A stretch of 64,000 nt of DNA, taken from the NCBI GenBank assembly GCA_040326155.1, contig JBEQLE010000007.1:1-64000 (forward strand), read 5' to 3'. Source of the DNA: Leptospirales bacterium (lineage in GTDB: Bacteria > Spirochaetota > Leptospiria > Turneriellales > JAOUFE01). Below the pieces are notes generated by a model. That model was not told the DNA's origin. It worked only from the letters and a program-made list of their open reading frames with translations, and made no database searches. The translations under genes and the position numbers were made by a program. Positions 51,237 through 63,400 of the stretch are shown piece after piece; the stretch's first letter is position 1; each line of letters begins with the position of its first letter.

Positions 51237-52982
51237 CTAAATATTAATCGTAAATTCCGTAAACTTTCCAGGGTCAGATTTTACAGTCAATTTTCCGCCG
51301 TGTTTTTTATTAATAATATCGTGGGCAATGCTAAGGCCCAGACCAATCCCCTGGCCCGATGGTTTTGTTGTAAAAAATGGGTCAAATATTTTACGAATTT
51401 TGTCTTTTTCTATTCCATCGCCATTATCCTTTATTTTGATTAGGGTATTCTTTTTATTTTTTTCCAGAGTTACTTCTATTACAGGAGTGTATGTCTTGTT
51501 CTTGATTTTATTGCTCTGAGTTACTGCATAGCATGCATTGGATAAAATAATGACAAGACTGATCGATAAATTACCCGGAAAAACATCAGCAAAGACCTCA
51601 TTTTGATAATTATTTTTGAATTTTATGTTATTTTTTGCTTTCTTTGAATCAAGAGAGGCCAATGCTATAATGATAGAATCATTTATTATTGTTTCAATTT
51701 TTACGTTAGATAGATTATCGTTAATATCTCGGGACAGATAAAGCATATTATTAATAATAGCATTGGCACGTTTCCCGTGCTTTTCTATTTTTAACGTGTT
51801 GTTTTCAATCAGGTCAAAATCATCTCTAAGCTCTTGTAATTCAGCTTTTGTAATATTGGATTTTTTTGCCAGCTCCATTTTTTTTGAATTAATGATATCA
51901 TATATTAAACGTGAAAAATTATTTATAAAATTCAATGGGTTTTTCAATTCGTGCGCAATACCTGAAGTCATGTTTCCCAGCGACGCGAGCTTTTCCTGTT
52001 GAACCAATTGATCTCTTGTTTTATTCAGGGTTTTAATTGTTTTCTCCAGCTCTTTTCTTTGCTGAACTTTTTCGGTTACATCATAAAATGTAGCGACAGC
52101 ACCGTTTGACTTGGTCGGGAGTGGTAATTGCACCAGGCCAATGTCAATCGTTTTTGTTACACCTGTAATAAATGACTTATAGGGAACTTCTTTGAGATCA
52201 ATGCAATCTTTCTGGCCGGACAATACCGATTCCAGATAAGGGGCCAGGCCGGTATTGTGTTTTTTGTGCGCTTCGAGAACATTCAGACCCACTCCGGGTT
52301 TACTACCGGGAGTGTCAGAGTATCCAAAAAGTTCATTGCTGGCATTGTTGTGATCTACGACAATGCCCTCGCTGTTTACAATAAATATTGGTACAGATGA
52401 TTTGTTAAAGATGGCATGAAAAAATGATTTTGTTCTTTCCAATTCACGAACAATCATAGAGACCAGGATTGCCAATAAAAGACACATTGATAGAAACATA
52501 ATCGTGGTATCAAGGTACCATCGAAAGTTATCAGGTTTTACCGGCAGATATTCCGGATGCTGGTATTCTAACGATATTATAAATATATCAGCAAGGACAC
52601 AGATAAACAGAAATGATATTCGAGTGGCGCCTTTTAATAGCAGTACCGGGAATAAAAATACGAAAAATTGGGCAGACATGACCCAGGAAAAAAGGCCGCC
52701 CTCAGATATATGAACCGATGTTATTGCAATGATTGCAATCATACACAATGTTTTTTTTAAATAAATATATTTCAATCTTGCGAACAGATATAGAGAAACA
52801 AAGGTACTTGATATTATAACGGACTGTATATTCGTGATTGTATCGTTAAAATTCGATGTAAATTTATATAGTCCTACTCCAAATGTCCCAATAACCGTAT
52901 TGACGATAATGAATATAAAAATTTTATCCTGTAAATTAAGTTCCCGCAATTCGCCAAATATAAAATATGAAAATTTTTTCAT
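51237..52982 (-). CDS. Membrane PAS-domain sensor histidine kinase
   Basis: N-terminal TMs, PAS, QEKLASLG..GIAHELKNPL, DNGDG, FDPFFTTK..GIGLGL; GGAGG RBS. Confidence 0.9.
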   Translation of the reverse strand: MKKFSYFIFGELRELNLQDKIFIFIIVNTVIGTFGVGLYKFTSNFNDTITNIQSVIISSTFVSLYLFARLKYIYLKKTLCMIAIIAITSVHISEGGLFSWVMSAQFFVFLFPVLLLKGATRISFLFICVLADIFIISLEYQHPEYLPVKPDNFRWYLDTTIMFLSMCLLLAILVSMIVRELERTKSFFHAIFNKSSVPIFIVNSEGIVVDHNNASNELFGYSDTPGSKPGVGLNVLEAHKKHNTGLAPYLESVLSGQKDCIDLKEVPYKSFITGVTKTIDIGLVQLPLPTKSNGAVATFYDVTEKVQQRKELEKTIKTLNKTRDQLVQQEKLASLGNMTSGIAHELKNPLNFINNFSRLIYDIINSKKMELAKKSNITKAELQELRDDFDLIENNTLKIEKHGKRANAIINNMLYLSRDINDNLSNVKIETIINDSIIIALASLDSKKAKNNIKFKNNYQNEVFADVFPGNLSISLVIILSNACYAVTQSNKIKNKTYTPVIEVTLEKNKKNTLIKIKDNGDGIEKDKIRKIFDPFFTTKPSGQGIGLGLSIAHDIINKKHGGKLTVKSDPGKFTEFTINI

Positions 52983-53337
52983 GTCGCCTCCAGGTTTAAA
53001 TATTTATCTATAATATTGTAGGTAACGCATATCGTGTAGTTACGTCAACTTGTTTAATCTTATGTTGCCGGGGAATTAGAAATTTCATGTATCTACAGTC
53101 TTTATAACTTTACTTCCCAAACAAAATAGTCTGTCGCTGCTTTTTGCTCTCCTTGTATTTTAGCTTGCCTTGTATTTTCCTTTTATAACTTTCAATCCCC
53201 AAAAAAATAAAAAAACACAAAAAGGGGTGATATTTACAATACACAAACAAAAATTCATGTTATATGTATAGTTAAAGATGGGAACCTCAAAATACGATTA
53301 GGGATCCGGTCATTATAAAAAGTTATAATGAGGAGAA

Positions 53338-53757
53338 ATGATAAAGAGATAGACAATTTCAAAAATGGCTATTATGTTTGCAAGTGTTATGATGGTGGCA
53401 AACTGTGCCAATGATGGCGGATCGACTGGCGATTCGAGCAACCAAACCATCACCAACACAGTGGGCAGTGTTAACTTTAACATGATCTATGTGCCGGGCG
53501 GTTTAACAACACCAACAGCAGAAGATGATTCTACAACAGCTACTGTTGCGAATGCGTATGAAGTTGGTGAAACGGAAGTTACTTACGAGCTTTGGAGTGC
53601 AGTGTACGCATGGGCTACTGCCGGTGCTGGTGGAGCTACAGGTGAAGGTAGTTACACTTTTGAAAATCCCGGTCATCAGGGTAGCATATTGAATGGTTGC
53701 GCCCGTGCCTCAGTGGGAACAAACCAGCAGCCAGTAACCTGCATGAACTGGCGAGAT
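53338..53757 (+). pseudogene. Truncated FGE-sulfatase (SUMF1/C-type lectin fold) lipoprotein
   Basis: RBS-ATG 53338 has TAG at codon 5; lipobox MVANC; MIYVPGG, ETEVTYELW, PVTCMNWRD, then family similarity stops. Confidence 0.7.
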
Positions 53758-53875
53758 ACCTTTGGTTTCAATGGCATTTTCCTGTACCAGGTACTATTTT
53801 ATAAATTTTTTAAGATGCTTAGGTGGTTCGACTTTACATGTTTCCATAAGTTTTTTCCGTTTATTATAAGGGTAG

Positions 53876-54706
53876 TTAATTCAATCGATTTGCAAAAATA
53901 GCAGCAAGGCATTCGAAACCAGTTTGTCTGTTTAGTTCAAGGGGACTTAGGCCTGTTGCACTCTTTATGCTGTGGTTGAAATGAGATTGATCGTAATAAT
54001 TCAGATCATAAACCAGGTCAGAGATCTCTAGTTTGTCTTCTTTAGAATGTAATATTCGCGCAATAGCGAACTCCGTTCGAATAATTTTTGCATATTGCAT
54101 CGGACTTGTGCCGCATAATTGATTATATTTTTTTATCAAAGTATTTTTTGATAATCCGGTTTTATCTTTTAATTCTTTCATTCTGAGAATACCCCTGGTC
54201 TTTTGCATGATATCCAGGAGATGTACTTCCGATGATTTGATATTCAAGGATTGCTTTGACAAAAAAGTTGTAATTTCTGTATTCAACAATTCTAATTTCG
54301 TTTTGCTGTCGGGAATATCACTCAATGCATCGCAAAGCCACAGAAGTGATTTAAACATTTGTTGGTTATCGGCAACTGATTCTACCAAATTTACCATATC
54401 CTCTCTGAAAACATGTGTAGCTACTTCGGGTATAAACTCCACGGCAACAAAGCGGACGTTTTCACAGTTTTTTCCAAACTCCTTTGGGCTGGTAAAAACA
54501 CCCGAATAGGATATGCCTTTACTGTATTCGAGATAATTTTTTTCATCAGAAAAAACTTTTAAATTATCGCCATAGTTTATGATTAAAAAGGGACGACTCC
54601 AGAGTGATAATTTCTGAGAGAACTCACTCAAGTTGCCTTCGACCATGTAATATCCCAAGATATATTGACTCAAGTATAAGGAGGGGCTATGATACTCCAT
54701 TTTCAT
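53876..54706 (-). CDS. AraC-family regulator
   Basis: C-terminal HTH G.SP..YAKIIR, YYDQSHF, TGLSP. Confidence 0.88.
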   Translation of the reverse strand: MKMEYHSPSLYLSQYILGYYMVEGNLSEFSQKLSLWSRPFLIINYGDNLKVFSDEKNYLEYSKGISYSGVFTSPKEFGKNCENVRFVAVEFIPEVATHVFREDMVNLVESVADNQQMFKSLLWLCDALSDIPDSKTKLELLNTEITTFLSKQSLNIKSSEVHLLDIMQKTRGILRMKELKDKTGLSKNTLIKKYNQLCGTSPMQYAKIIRTEFAIARILHSKEDKLEISDLVYDLNYYDQSHFNHSIKSATGLSPLELNRQTGFECLAAIFANRLN

Positions 54707-54811
54707 AATAGATTAACTAACTTTTTATAAGTACTCTGTCAATGATTAAAATGATACATAAGTCGAAAGTTTCGAGTTCTGGTTCGCAGGTATCTACTGA
54801 TCAATATGAAA

Positions 54812-57800
54812 TCACTGTCTTTCCACGAAATACATATCTAATTCCCCTTTATTTTTAGCTTTTATTTTTCCTCTTGAAGTATAATTAAAACTTTCGGGAA
54901 CCAGACTACGTACTGTAGCAGATACATTGACCTTTCCTTTCTCTCCTGAACTCTCAATTCTGGATGCAATGTTGACAGTATCTCCCCATATGTCATAGGC
55001 GAATTTTTTTAAACCGACGACACCGGCCACAACCGAACCGCTGTGAATGCCTATTCTGGCAGAAAACCCGGTCTCTCCTTTTTCTTTTTTGGAGACCATG
55101 TAAGAGTCCAAAAAGTCTCGTATATCAAGCCCGGCATTTATAATGTCTTGTGCATGATTATCCGTTTCAACCGGAAGACCGCTGGCGCACATATAAGCAT
55201 CCCCGATTGTTTTTATTTTTTCAATGCCATACGATTCGATGATCATATCAAATTTACTAAAGCAGGTATCAATTTCATACACCAATTCATGCGGGCTCAT
55301 TAGCTCTGAAATTTTGGTAAAATCGATAAAATCTATAAACATAATAGATGCATTTTCATATTTTTTAACTCGCGCTTTGCCATACTTTTTTAATTCATTG
55401 GCAGTTTCTTCTGGAAGAATATTCAGTAATAAATCATCAGATTTTTTCTTTTCAATCTCAATTTCTTTGGTTCTTGTTTTTACTTTTTCTTCGAGATTTT
55501 CATATAACATGGCATTGTTGATGGAAACTGCAATTTGCCCTGAAAGCAGTTTTAACAATTCGAGGCGATTTTCAGAAAAGGCTTGTTCAATAAGATTGTT
55601 TTCCAGATATAACATGGCATTAATTTCGCCAAAATGCTTTATTGGCAAACACAGAACAGACTTGGTGCCAGCGCTCTGGATATAAGTATCCCTTCCAAAA
55701 AGTTTGTCTGTGGTGGCATTGCCCACTACAACGATTTCCCCGGTTCGCGCACAAAACTGCACAATAGAATCAGCCAAAGAGTTTTCCTGCTTTTCAGAAA
55801 TTGCTAATAATTGTATACGATCTTCTTTAACCTCAGCCCCTGCAAATACTTTGAAACCCGATTCGTTTTTAATTAAAATAAAACCCCTGCTCGCGCCTGC
55901 ATTTTCCAGAGATATCTCCAGCAAATCAGAAGCAAGTTTGTCAAGTAGAAGTGAGCGGCTGATCACCTCTGAAGCTTTTAGTACGGTTTGTATGTCAAGA
56001 GATGAAAACCCCGTACTCGTACTTGTCGATAAACCTTGCTGATCGCCTGGCAAGTTGTCTGTAGCGATAACGTTTTTAGGTGAGACTTCTTTTTTATACA
56101 ACGTAGAAATCATCTCGGGCAGCAAGTCGCTGCCCCAGGTCTCATATTTTGATTTAGCGATGCTCTGGTACTCGATGGATTTTTTATCGCTTTTGTTGTT
56201 CTTGTAAAAGTCGGCGAGCCTTTCGCAAATCATTGCTTCAATATGAATATAGTTGTTTTTTTCAGCTGCTTTGATGGCATCTTTATAAAGCTCTTCTGCG
56301 ATGCTGTTTTTACCTTGGTACCTTGCGAATTCAGCGTCCATCAATAGAGTAAAGTGCAAAAGATTTTCACCTGCAAAGTCGGCAAGTTTTTGCAACTTTT
56401 TGAAATCTTTTTTAACTTTATTTAAATTCGATTTTTTTTGAACAGTTGAATTTTCAGAGATATAGACAATTCTTGAAAAACAATTGTATGCAAAATAGAG
56501 TGTGGTGAACATTGTTCCCGGAACACTTGCCAGGTGTTTTTCCATTTCATCGGCGTACATCGTCGCTGTGTGGTATTGTTTAAAGTGTACAGCAAGAATC
56601 AGTTTACTGATAAATAATTGAGCCAGCTCTGCGAGTTGGTTACTCTTTTTTAAAGCAGGAATCATATCTTCTTCATTGTAGTGCTCCCCCAATAATACCC
56701 AAGGGGTTTGGCTCTTTGATTTAAAATTTAGTACAACCTGGTGCCATAGATGCAACTTACTAAGAACTGATTCTTGATTCAATTTTGATATAATCTCGTT
56801 ATATTTGGCTATGTCTTGGAGCAGAGGTTCCAGAGGATCTCCGCAGAAAAAACGGGTATAAGTCGTTCCTAGAATTGACCAGGATGTATATTCAAAATCT
56901 CCCGTTTCCAGTCCGGTTTTATAGGCTTCCATCAAAAGGGGAATAGTTTCTCTCGGGTGTAGTTTTAGATGCTTTATAAATGAATAAACAGAGAAAATTG
57001 TCTTTGTTTCAATGAAACGGGTATCGTATTTTTCCAAAATTCCAAGTGCGAGATCGCTAAATGCATATCCTTTGGCAAGCTTTCCCAGAATGCCTGACAA
57101 GATCAATCCGTAATTCGCATAGGCAAAGGCCGACAGAGGGCTATTCCCTTTTTTGGCAGATAATTCAACCTGGCGCATGACAAATATGGGCATAAGTGGC
57201 GGCAAACTTATATAGGCTGCAGAAAATACCCCTGTCATGATTCTCATCGCAGCCAGAGTTTCAGGACTTTTCATCTCAGGAATAGTTGCCAATTTTTCAA
57301 CAGGGTACTTTCTTAAAATAAAATGCGTTCTTACAATGGCCTTTAACACATCAAGATTACCCGGTTTTTTGGGAAACTTTTGTCCCAGTATATTCAAGGC
57401 AGCAACGGCTACTTGAACAGCTTCAAAGAGTAAATTCTGGGCAATGAGCGCTTCAATTCGTATTTCATAGGCAGCGACTTTGTCAATATTAGCTTGAGAA
57501 TTTTTTTCTAAAATAGTCGTATATTCGTCCATGGAGGAGTAATCTGCGCAGTACAGGGAGCTTTGAGCCGCATAACGGTATAGGTTAAAAACAGACTCGT
57601 AGTGATGTTTCCAGTCAGAACTATCCAGAAGCGAGATCGCTGTTTGACAATATTGTAGACAAGCGCTGAATGCGTTACAAGAGTCGGCTTTCTTCGCTGC
57701 GGCGAGATTCAATTCTATCAGTTCATATTTTTCAACCTCCTTGCTGACGAGATCTTTAGCATGGTTATACTGATTCACAATATCAAACAGATATTCGCTA

Positions 57801-59977
57801 CGTTTCTGGTCGTCGTACATTTTCATGTACAAACGGGCGAGTTTCAAATGAGACTTTTTTTGATTCTCTGGCGTCATTATAGAATACGCCGCTTGCTGAA
57901 TCCTGTCATGGGCAAACACATACTCTACATTAAGTTCACCACCGGATTCATCTCCAAGATCAATCCCGGCATCAGAAAACCGGTAATAGTCCCCCTTGGG
58001 TATTATCATTCCTTCTGTTATGACTTTTTTAAGATAGCTGGCGACTCGAACAGGTTCCCTGTCAATAAGACTCGCCAGGGTCGCAAGGTTAAATGTACTC
58101 CCAATCACAGCTGCAATGGAGAGTGTTTGCTGGTTGATTTTGGGTAGAGAGTTTACTTTCTCTGTAATGAAATCAAGTACATTGTCAGTAACATTCGATG
58201 CGACAATTTGTTCTAGTTCAATCTTCCATATATAATCGTCAGCAATAAAATGAATCAAACCTGATGCATGTATCGATTTAAAAAACTCATTCACAAAAAA
58301 TGGATTTCCATTTGTTTTTTGTATTATAATTTCCGCAAGTTGCTCCGCCTCGGATGATTCACATCGTATGGAGTTTGAAATTAAGTCATTTACGCCACTC
58401 TTATCGAGTGGTCCGACTTCTATATAATCAGGATGTATTCCAAGTCCGGCTAGCTCATGGAGAGTTGACATTAAAATATGGTTCTGGTCCACCTCGTTAT
58501 TACGATAAGCTCCGATAATCATCAAACCGGTTTGAGATGCTGAACTCATTAATGATTTGATCAACTTGAGTGATGCTGAATCCGCCCATTGCAGATCGTC
58601 AAAAAACATAACAAGGGGTTTTCCGGGGCGTGAAAAAACTTGAATCAGATTCTGAAAAACCAACAGAAAACGATTTTGTGTTTCTTGGGAAGAGAGCTCC
58701 GGAACGGGTGGTTGATCTCCCAGAATAAATTCAGATTCCGGAATGACGTCAACGACAATCCGGCCATTTGAACCCAGTGCCTCCAATAATTTAATTTTCC
58801 ATTCGTTGATCTCTGTCGCATTGAGTAGTAACAACTGTAGAAACAAGTCACGCAGGGATTCAATCACAGCCGCATAGGGCAGATCTTTTTTATACTGGTC
58901 ATATTTGCCCTGGACAAAATACCCGTTATGCAAGGTAAGTGGCTGATGAATTTCATGAATTAGAGAAGTTTTACCAATCCCTGATAATCCGGTTACCAGC
59001 AGCAAACGGGGATCCCCCTCTATTACTTCATTGTATACAGCAAGAAGAGATGCTATCTCTTTCTCCCGTCCAAAAAGACGCTGTGATATCATAAATATAT
59101 TCGCGGTATCATGACGGCCTACCTCAAAAGGCTCGTCAATTTTATCAGATTCAAAATTTTTCAGAATTTTTTCGATATCATACTCCAGACCTTCTGCGCT
59201 CTGATATCGATCTTCCGGGTTTTTTTCTAATAGTTTGATTATTACTTGAGAAATTACCAGGGGAATATTACTATCAACCTCATGTGGTGGTACCGGAATT
59301 TTGGCAATATGGGAATGTATTGTCTGCATGGGATCATCAAATACAAAAGGAGGTTTTCCACAAAATAGTTCATATAAAGTAGCGCCAACAGAATAGAGGT
59401 CACTTCGAAAATCCACAGATCGGTTGATTCTACCGGTTTGCTCGGGCGAAATGTAATACACAGAACCGCCCAACCTATCAAAGGCGCTGAAGTTAACTGT
59501 CTCGCGGGTTAAAAAACCAGACAGACCAAAATCAGTAACTTTTAACTCTTTTCGATCATAATTAAATATTAAATTGGAAGGCTTGATGTCTTTATGTAAA
59601 ATTCCAAGCTCATGTAATTTTTTTGTTATATTTGCTAGAGAAAGAGATAATTCAATTTTTCGTAGCATTGTAAAATCTGCTTCAAAGTCCCAGGCATTTA
59701 ACGCCTTGCCCCCGGGGTTCTCTTTTACCAGAGCCCATTGGTTGCCATGTTGTTCTACCGAAATAACTTTGACGACTTCAGGGATTTTTATTTCTCGGGT
59801 GATAGCATATTCATATTTTAATATGGCAATATCTTCTTGCCGGGGATTTTCCTGTTTGAGTAATTTTATGATTACTGAAGAACCTGTCGTTTCTTGAATT
59901 CCCTCGTAGACATCCGCAATGGGACCTTCAAATATTTTTTTTTGTAAAATACAATTTCCGATTGTAAGTTCTTCCAT
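54812..59977 (-). CDS. Multidomain Ser/Thr kinase / AAA NTPase / GAF / adenylate cyclase (paralog of 983-6262)
   Basis: VIIK, HKDIKPSN, DFG, YISPEQTGR, GLSGIGKT, DDLQWAD, LYLENN, KTIGDAYM, YDIWGDTVNIASR. Confidence 0.92.
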   Translation of the reverse strand: MEELTIGNCILQKKIFEGPIADVYEGIQETTGSSVIIKLLKQENPRQEDIAILKYEYAITREIKIPEVVKVISVEQHGNQWALVKENPGGKALNAWDFEADFTMLRKIELSLSLANITKKLHELGILHKDIKPSNLIFNYDRKELKVTDFGLSGFLTRETVNFSAFDRLGGSVYYISPEQTGRINRSVDFRSDLYSVGATLYELFCGKPPFVFDDPMQTIHSHIAKIPVPPHEVDSNIPLVISQVIIKLLEKNPEDRYQSAEGLEYDIEKILKNFESDKIDEPFEVGRHDTANIFMISQRLFGREKEIASLLAVYNEVIEGDPRLLLVTGLSGIGKTSLIHEIHQPLTLHNGYFVQGKYDQYKKDLPYAAVIESLRDLFLQLLLLNATEINEWKIKLLEALGSNGRIVVDVIPESEFILGDQPPVPELSSQETQNRFLLVFQNLIQVFSRPGKPLVMFFDDLQWADSASLKLIKSLMSSASQTGLMIIGAYRNNEVDQNHILMSTLHELAGLGIHPDYIEVGPLDKSGVNDLISNSIRCESSEAEQLAEIIIQKTNGNPFFVNEFFKSIHASGLIHFIADDYIWKIELEQIVASNVTDNVLDFITEKVNSLPKINQQTLSIAAVIGSTFNLATLASLIDREPVRVASYLKKVITEGMIIPKGDYYRFSDAGIDLGDESGGELNVEYVFAHDRIQQAAYSIMTPENQKKSHLKLARLYMKMYDDQKRSEYLFDIVNQYNHAKDLVSKEVEKYELIELNLAAAKKADSCNAFSACLQYCQTAISLLDSSDWKHHYESVFNLYRYAAQSSLYCADYSSMDEYTTILEKNSQANIDKVAAYEIRIEALIAQNLLFEAVQVAVAALNILGQKFPKKPGNLDVLKAIVRTHFILRKYPVEKLATIPEMKSPETLAAMRIMTGVFSAAYISLPPLMPIFVMRQVELSAKKGNSPLSAFAYANYGLILSGILGKLAKGYAFSDLALGILEKYDTRFIETKTIFSVYSFIKHLKLHPRETIPLLMEAYKTGLETGDFEYTSWSILGTTYTRFFCGDPLEPLLQDIAKYNEIISKLNQESVLSKLHLWHQVVLNFKSKSQTPWVLLGEHYNEEDMIPALKKSNQLAELAQLFISKLILAVHFKQYHTATMYADEMEKHLASVPGTMFTTLYFAYNCFSRIVYISENSTVQKKSNLNKVKKDFKKLQKLADFAGENLLHFTLLMDAEFARYQGKNSIAEELYKDAIKAAEKNNYIHIEAMICERLADFYKNNKSDKKSIEYQSIAKSKYETWGSDLLPEMISTLYKKEVSPKNVIATDNLPGDQQGLSTSTSTGFSSLDIQTVLKASEVISRSLLLDKLASDLLEISLENAGASRGFILIKNESGFKVFAGAEVKEDRIQLLAISEKQENSLADSIVQFCARTGEIVVVGNATTDKLFGRDTYIQSAGTKSVLCLPIKHFGEINAMLYLENNLIEQAFSENRLELLKLLSGQIAVSINNAMLYENLEEKVKTRTKEIEIEKKKSDDLLLNILPEETANELKKYGKARVKKYENASIMFIDFIDFTKISELMSPHELVYEIDTCFSKFDMIIESYGIEKIKTIGDAYMCASGLPVETDNHAQDIINAGLDIRDFLDSYMVSKKEKGETGFSARIGIHSGSVVAGVVGLKKFAYDIWGDTVNIASRIESSGEKGKVNVSATVRSLVPESFNYTSRGKIKAKNKGELDMYFVERQ

Positions 59978-60182
59978 TTCTTTTCACCTCTTAATTTGCA
60001 ACGATCGCCCACGGCGTATTAGGATAACAATCGAAGAAAGTACCATAAATATGGTAACCTGTATTGTAAAAAAGTACCAAAATATATGTTTCTCGAGAAA
60101 AAAAGCCTCAAATACCTGAAATTTGAAATCAAAACGAGGCAGAAACGAAACTGCGGTATTACATTTTCTTGGTTCGTTGTAA

Positions 60183-60398
60183 CTATTTAGCCTCAACCAA
60201 TTTTTTAATTTTTATAGCTTTCTCAAAATGGTCTAATTTATGAGTCAATATCCACCATTTTGCAGCCTCCATTAATAGTTGAGGGTCATCGTTTTTGTTT
60301 GCGAAAAATGCATAAAATGAAAGCCCTACATTGATTCCTTTTGATTCAATTTTTTTGTTGCAGACTTCAATTATTTTGTTTTTTAATATTTTATTCAT
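60183..60398 (-). CDS. Small conserved protein, DUF6500-like
   Basis: KIIEVC.KKI..KG.NVGLSFYAFFANKNDDP.LLMEAA.WWI..H.LDHF pattern. Confidence 0.7.
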   Translation of the reverse strand: MNKILKNKIIEVCNKKIESKGINVGLSFYAFFANKNDDPQLLMEAAKWWILTHKLDHFEKAIKIKKLVEAK

Positions 60399-60463
60399 AC
60401 TTCCTGGCTTTCTCATTTTAGTTCTATTATGCCAAGGCTAGACGGTTCTGCCAGTGTTTAATC

Positions 60464-63400
60464 CTATAAATATTTTTTCATTATAGCAATTTCATCGGGA
60501 AATTTTCGAAGTGTGATATTAATGCCTTCTGTATCATACATCGATGCATGTTTTAATAATTTTTGAGCCCATCCTTGAATCGAGGGGTATTCATATTTCT
60601 CAGAAGTTTCCATAATATCCGTAGCAAACTTTTTAATGTCGTTGATAATAATGCCATCTGATAAAGACTTCCATTGATTATAAAAGTCACCTTCCATTTG
60701 TTCTATGAGCTTAGGTAACATCTTTTTTGTTTCTATAGAAATCTCAAATGTAGACTCAACAACATCGGCTGATTCTTCAGGTTCGGAATCTGATTCTTTG
60801 TACGGCAAATACTTCATTAAAGTGTGAAACAGTTGATCTCTAGTGAAGGGTTTATGTAAAGAATCGTCGGTGACTTTATTTATATCTGAAGAGCTTGGTA
60901 CAATCGTTGAAGCTGTCACAGCAACAATGGGAATACTGTGTGTATTTTTATCTTCCTTAATTTTCAAAGTGGCATTATAACCGTTCATTACCGGCATTTT
61001 CATATCCATCAAAATCAAATTTGGCTTTTCGTTTGTAGCAGCCTCCCATGCCTGTTGACCATTTTCAACCTCAATAAGTATTAAATTCGTTTCCTGTAAA
61101 TAACCCTTGATTAAATCACGATTACTTTTAATGTCATCAGCCACGAGCACAGTGGCTTTTTCAAATGTTATCGAAGAATAATTGATCGGTGGTTTTGTAT
61201 TTTCGATTACGGATGCATCTGAAATTTCGACATCATGTAGCGTTACTGAAAAGGTCGACCCTTTACCCAATGTACTTTGCAGATTAATTTCTCCCCCCAT
61301 CAGATTGACCAAACGAGTGGTGATGGCAAGACCCAAACCGGTTCCCCCATACTCCTTATTATTTTGTCCCTCATTTTGTACAAAGGCATTGAAGATTAAT
61401 TTTTGTTGGTTATCCGGTATTCCGATACCAGTGTCTTCCACACGAATGAGCAAGTCGATATACTTTTTCTTTTCTTTCTTTGTGATGTTACCTTGTTGGG
61501 ATACCATTATTTTGATATAGCCATCTTCCGTAAATTTCATGGCATTGCCAATGAGGTTTAACAAAACTTGTCGAACCCTGGTCTCATCCAAAATGACATT
61601 ACCTGGCAAATTCTCATCTATATCGATCTCAAATGCCAAAGTTTTTTCTAACATTTTTTGTAAGAAAACTTGCTTTATATCTAAAAATATTTGTTCCAGG
61701 TTAACTGGTTCTTTTTGAACATTTAATTTCCCAGCTTCGACTTTTGAAAGATCAAGTATATCGTTGATTAAATGCAATAACGTTTTACCAGATGATGCTA
61801 TGGAAGAAACATATTCTTTGATCGTTTCATCTTTTACCATCCCGCCCAATATTTCTGTAAAACCCAAAATGGCATTCATGGGTGTTCGTATCTCATGACT
61901 CATATTGGATAAAAATTCCGACTTGGTCTGATTTGCCGCCTCGGCCTGTTGTTTGGCATGTTCCAATTGTTCCTGGGTCTTTTTCAAGGCCTCAATATCC
62001 GTTATTACGGCGACCATACCGAGAAAATTGTCATTGTCATCATAAAGAAATCTTGCAGAGTTTCTGGCCACCATAATCGACTTATCTTTTCTTATAAAAT
62101 GATTCTCGTTAATAATATCAGGCAGGCGTACTCCGGTTTTTGCCATCTGTATAGCCCCATCAAACCGCTTACGGTCTTCTAGATTTTCCCAATGAGTACT
62201 ACTGGGTTTGCCAATCATCTCTTCCACAGTATACCCTAACATTTCGAGGCCTTTTTGGTTCACATAAGTATACAACCCATTTTCATCAAGTGTTACAACA
62301 CCCTCATTCATGGTTTCTACAATGCCGCGATATTTCATCTCTTGATCGGCAATTTTTTTCAAACTCTTTTCTAGTTCTATTTTTTGCAAAGCTTGTTTTG
62401 TCATGTCTATAGTGACACCATGCATACGAACATTTTTTCCTTTGTCGTCTTGTTCAAACTCTGAGAGGGAGTGTACATATTTCAGTTCACCATCGGCAGC
62501 GATGATACGGTATTCTGCATCATTCTGGCCATGAATTTTATAGCTTTCTTCAAATGATTTGACATGCGCTTGAACATCGTCGGGATGAACGAACTTTTGA
62601 TATGCCTCATTATCTGGTGGTGTTTCTCCTACGGTTAACCCAAACAATCTGTACATTTGATCAGACCATGTTGATGAATTGGTACGCATGTCCCATGTCC
62701 AGTCTCCCATATTAGCAATTTCCTGGGCTCGGGCTAGGCTGTGACGACTTTCTTCCAGTTCTTTTTCTACTTTTTTGCGTTCTGTTAGATCGCGAATCAT
62801 AACCATATCGGCGGGCAATCCTTTTAAATCAATAATAGAAGCGTTCACCTCGACGGGTATACTATCCCCATTATTATTCTTGAAATCCAGTTGATAAATA
62901 CTGGGTACTTTCTTTCCTGACATTCGATCTGCATATCTCTTGGCAACCAACTCTCGACTGGAGTCAGCAACATATTGCATAAATTCAGATTCCAACAACT
63001 GCTCTTTTCTATATCCAAGCAACTGTGAAGCGGAATCATTTACAAAAAGAACCTTCCCATCTTGAAGAATAAGAATTGTATCCTTTGACTTTTCGATGAG
63101 AGTTGAATATTTATTTTCTTGTTCTGCAAGCTTTTGTAAGCTATTTTCAAGTTCTTGTTTTTGTTGTTCTTGTTTGGTGATATCATCGAAGATGCAGACA
63201 GCACCCATTTTAATACCTTTGATGACGAATTCATTCACAGAAAAATTTACAAATTGTTGATGATTCGGCAATGGGCAAAAATCTCCCGTGTATTTACCGC
63301 TTGATTCCTTTCCGGAAATAATATTAACAATCAACTCGGCCATAACAGTACCTGATTCTGTTTCTTTCAAATGATCAATGGCACTGATTCCAATAAGAGA

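Noticed and set aside
53338..53901. Diversity-generating retroelement, since FGE-type lipoproteins are DGR targets in Treponema
   Set aside because: No reverse transcriptase, no template/variable repeat pair, and the C-terminal region is deleted
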